From an uncultured Clostridia bacterium (GTDB lineage Bacteria > Bacillota > Clostridia > Oscillospirales > Acutalibacteraceae), in NCBI GenBank assembly GCA_937898625.1, contig CALEJF010000040.1, positions 11,278 through 75,277 of the forward strand: 64,000 nucleotides of DNA, read 5' to 3'. The notes under the pieces are model-generated. The model had not been told where the DNA came from. It did not search any database and was given only the letters and a program-made list of their open reading frames with translations. The number at the start of each line of letters is the position of its first letter. The stretch's first letter is position 1. Shown here one piece after another: positions 62,107 to 64,000 of the stretch. The translations under genes and the position numbers were made by a program.

Positions 62107-62129
62107 CGATAATTTGCGAGTTTATATGT

Positions 62130-63506
62130 TTAGTTTATTTTTGGTAAGCTTGCAGCTGCAACGGACTGTCCTACACGGCGAGATTTTTCATCAGGAATGT
62201 GAAGTTCAATTTTACTTGCAAGTTCAGGGAATTCCTTATCAAGAACTTCTTGTGCACGGGACAGAAGAATTTGTCCGCCCTGTCCTGATGTAACTCTACC
62301 CATAATAAGAACGTGCTTAATATCATAAAATTCGCAATAATAGGCAATAGCATAACCGAAATATACACCAATTGTATCGTAAATATCAGCAGCGTTCTGG
62401 TCGCCTTTTTCCATAAGACCTTGAACTACTTTAAGTTTTTCAGCAGGAGAAAGGTTTTCGTCGAGTTCAATTCCCGCATAAGGTGCAAGTTTTATAACAC
62501 CATCCTGTGAAAAATACTTGACACCACAACCATAGTCACCTGACCACTCGTCAACCATTGCATCTGTATTAAAGTCAACAGGAACAAATGCAAGTTCATT
62601 GAGCCATCCTGTAATGTTACCCTGTTGGTCTATATAGCCACCTGCTTCACTTGTACCCATTGCAATACCGAGAACAGAGTCATCGTTAAGGTCCATAGCA
62701 CCTGCAAGAGCAGTAACATCACCATCATTTGCAACAATAACAGGAATATCTTCGCCAATTTCTTTGGCAACATCAAGATAGATGTTTTTAATTCTCTTGT
62801 CATGGTCTTCTTTACTTACTTTGAGGAATAGAGAAGCAATTCTTGTCTTATTTTCAATATAAACACCTGCTGAAGAAACACCAATCGCATCAACTCTTGG
62901 CATTTTTGATGCAGCTGTTTTCATAGCTTCAAGAATTCCTTGGTAATGGTATTCAGGGTCAGAATTGAGTTTTGGGAACCAAACAACTTCTTCCGAATAA
63001 ACACTTTCACCATCAATAACAGCACTTACTTTTCTGTCACTGCCACCTGCATCAAAGCCGATACGACATCCGTCAAGGTGTCTGCCGACAGATTCAGCAA
63101 TATAATAATCTTCCGGTGCATCTTCCAATGAGCAAACTACAACTTCAAATGGCTTTTCAAAAACATCTGCCATATAATCCTCGTCAAATGCACGGATACC
63201 ATTTGGAGTATATGCTTCTTTAATTTTATTGCCTACAACATCACTACCTGCAATAAAAACCTTATAACCACCCGCAATCCACAAGAGTGATTTTACGATT
63301 CTTTCAATGAAACGGAAGTTTTCTTCATCGTGACCTGTACCATCGGGATAAATTCTTGTTTTATATGTACTGATTTGTCCTTTATTTCTTTCGATTGCTA
63401 CAATAATGTCCTGACCATTTTCTTTGGTTGCTTCACGCATTTCACGAACAACAACTGATAATGGCTCAAATTTTGGGTCGAGTTTTGCTTTTACCTTAAG
63501 ATTCAT
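62130..63506 (-). CDS. ROK-family sugar kinase-like protein with ~130-aa N-terminal extension
   Basis: GFDAGGSDRK and IGVSSAGV are ATPase-fold motifs of ROK/BadF type. It overlaps the nagA stop region by 11 nt. Confidence 0.7.
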   Translation of the reverse strand: MNLKVKAKLDPKFEPLSVVVREMREATKENGQDIIVAIERNKGQISTYKTRIYPDGTGHDEENFRFIERIVKSLLWIAGGYKVFIAGSDVVGNKIKEAYTPNGIRAFDEDYMADVFEKPFEVVVCSLEDAPEDYYIAESVGRHLDGCRIGFDAGGSDRKVSAVIDGESVYSEEVVWFPKLNSDPEYHYQGILEAMKTAASKMPRVDAIGVSSAGVYIENKTRIASLFLKVSKEDHDKRIKNIYLDVAKEIGEDIPVIVANDGDVTALAGAMDLNDDSVLGIAMGTSEAGGYIDQQGNITGWLNELAFVPVDFNTDAMVDEWSGDYGCGVKYFSQDGVIKLAPYAGIELDENLSPAEKLKVVQGLMEKGDQNAADIYDTIGVYFGYAIAYYCEFYDIKHVLIMGRVTSGQGGQILLSRAQEVLDKEFPELASKIELHIPDEKSRRVGQSVAAASLPKIN

Positions 63507-64000
63507 ATTTTATTTCTCCTGCGATGATTGTTTTCTTTACATTAAATTCATTATCTGTAATTATAATATCTGCGTCTTTACCCTTTTCAAGGGAACCTTT
63601 TGTTTTCTCTAAACCTAATACGGTTGCAGGGTTTAAAGATGCACAGTTTACACATTCATAAAGTGGAATATCCGAATTGTTATAAACATTCCATACGCCT
63701 TTATTAAGTTGCAAAACACTTCCTGCAATTGTACCATCTTCGAGTTTACAGATTGTGCCGTCATAAAAAATCTTCTGTCCACCTAATGTATATTCACCCA
63801 CAGGCAAACCGCCTGCAGGCAAGCAGTCAGTAATAAAGCAGAGTTTTCTGCCTTTTAACTTCCACAACATATTATAAAGTGATTTATCAACATGGACAGT
63901 ATCAACAATAAGTTCAACGCTTACATCTCCATTGAGTGCTGCCCCAACAACACCCGGTGCACGATGCGTAAGCGGTGTCATTGCATTGAAAAGATGTGTA
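63496..64000 (-). CDS. nagA: N-acetylglucosamine-6-phosphate deacetylase, C-terminal part (5' end beyond window)
   Basis: THLFNAMTPLTHRAPG (read through to the window edge), then ...ELIVDTVHV...ITDC...GSLEKGKDADI. Confidence 0.85.
   Translation of the reverse strand, partial: THLFNAMTPLTHRAPGVVGAALNGDVSVELIVDTVHVDKSLYNMLWKLKGRKLCFITDCLPAGGLPVGEYTLGGQKIFYDGTICKLEDGTIAGSVLQLNKGVWNVYNNSDIPLYECVNCASLNPATVLGLEKTKGSLEKGKDADIIITDNEFNVKKTIIAGEIKYES

Noticed and set aside
61940-62129. AgrD-like autoinducing-peptide precursor upstream of the LytTR regulator
   Set aside because: The only ATG ORF on the operon strand is 7 codons (MQENSAIL), has no RBS, and overlaps the putative regulator-binding repeats.
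1-64000. CRISPR arrays, rRNA genes, transposases, integrases, phage structural genes
   Set aside because: I scanned both strands and saw no regularly spaced direct repeats, no rRNA-like conserved blocks and no ORFs with DDE or tyrosine/serine-recombinase motifs.

Overview
AT-rich, densely coding chromosomal segment of a spore-forming Firmicute of class Clostridia (spoIIR and bofA present; split transketolase; miaB-ricA-mutS-mutL-miaA and divIVA-sepF-yggS synteny). About 66 protein genes are supported, along with one tRNA-Leu(CAA) and one rod-shaped 183-nt structured RNA that I interpret as 6S RNA. I found no rRNA, CRISPR array, transposase, integrase or prophage. Most of the window is housekeeping: lon/engB, serCA, an oxaloacetate decarboxylase Na+ pump operon, a NuoE/NuoF/GltD-fusion flavin complex next to metF, cell-division genes and mismatch repair. 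The strongest candidate for an undescribed system is a tightly coupled + strand operon at about 12.9-20.4 kb. It encodes a TRIC-type channel, a CooC-type (GCxC motif) nickel-insertion ATPase, two 2-hydroxyacyl-CoA-dehydratase/benzoyl-CoA-reductase-family subunits and their HgdC-type ATP-dependent activase. These are followed by an untracked 51-codon membrane micro-ORF, a stand-alone protein resembling the middle domain of acetyl-CoA synthase (AcsB/CdhC) that ends in CxxCx5C, and a secreted LCAT-like hydrolase with Cys in the nucleophile position. No CoA-transferase, acyl-CoA dehydrogenase or CODH/ACS catalytic gene is present in the window. Other notable points: an Mrr-type restriction endonuclease wedged between mutS and mutL and flanked by short GC-rich repeat modules; an AgrC/LytTR two-component system with a tandem truncated kinase paralog that lacks both the phospho-acceptor His and the ATPase domain, and with no agrBD; an OadG-like subunit with three tandem 39-aa modules; a DUF5685 / J-like protein pair with a polycysteine tail; and several composite intergenic repeat elements. 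All functional calls come from reading the translations against remembered family motifs. No database search was run.
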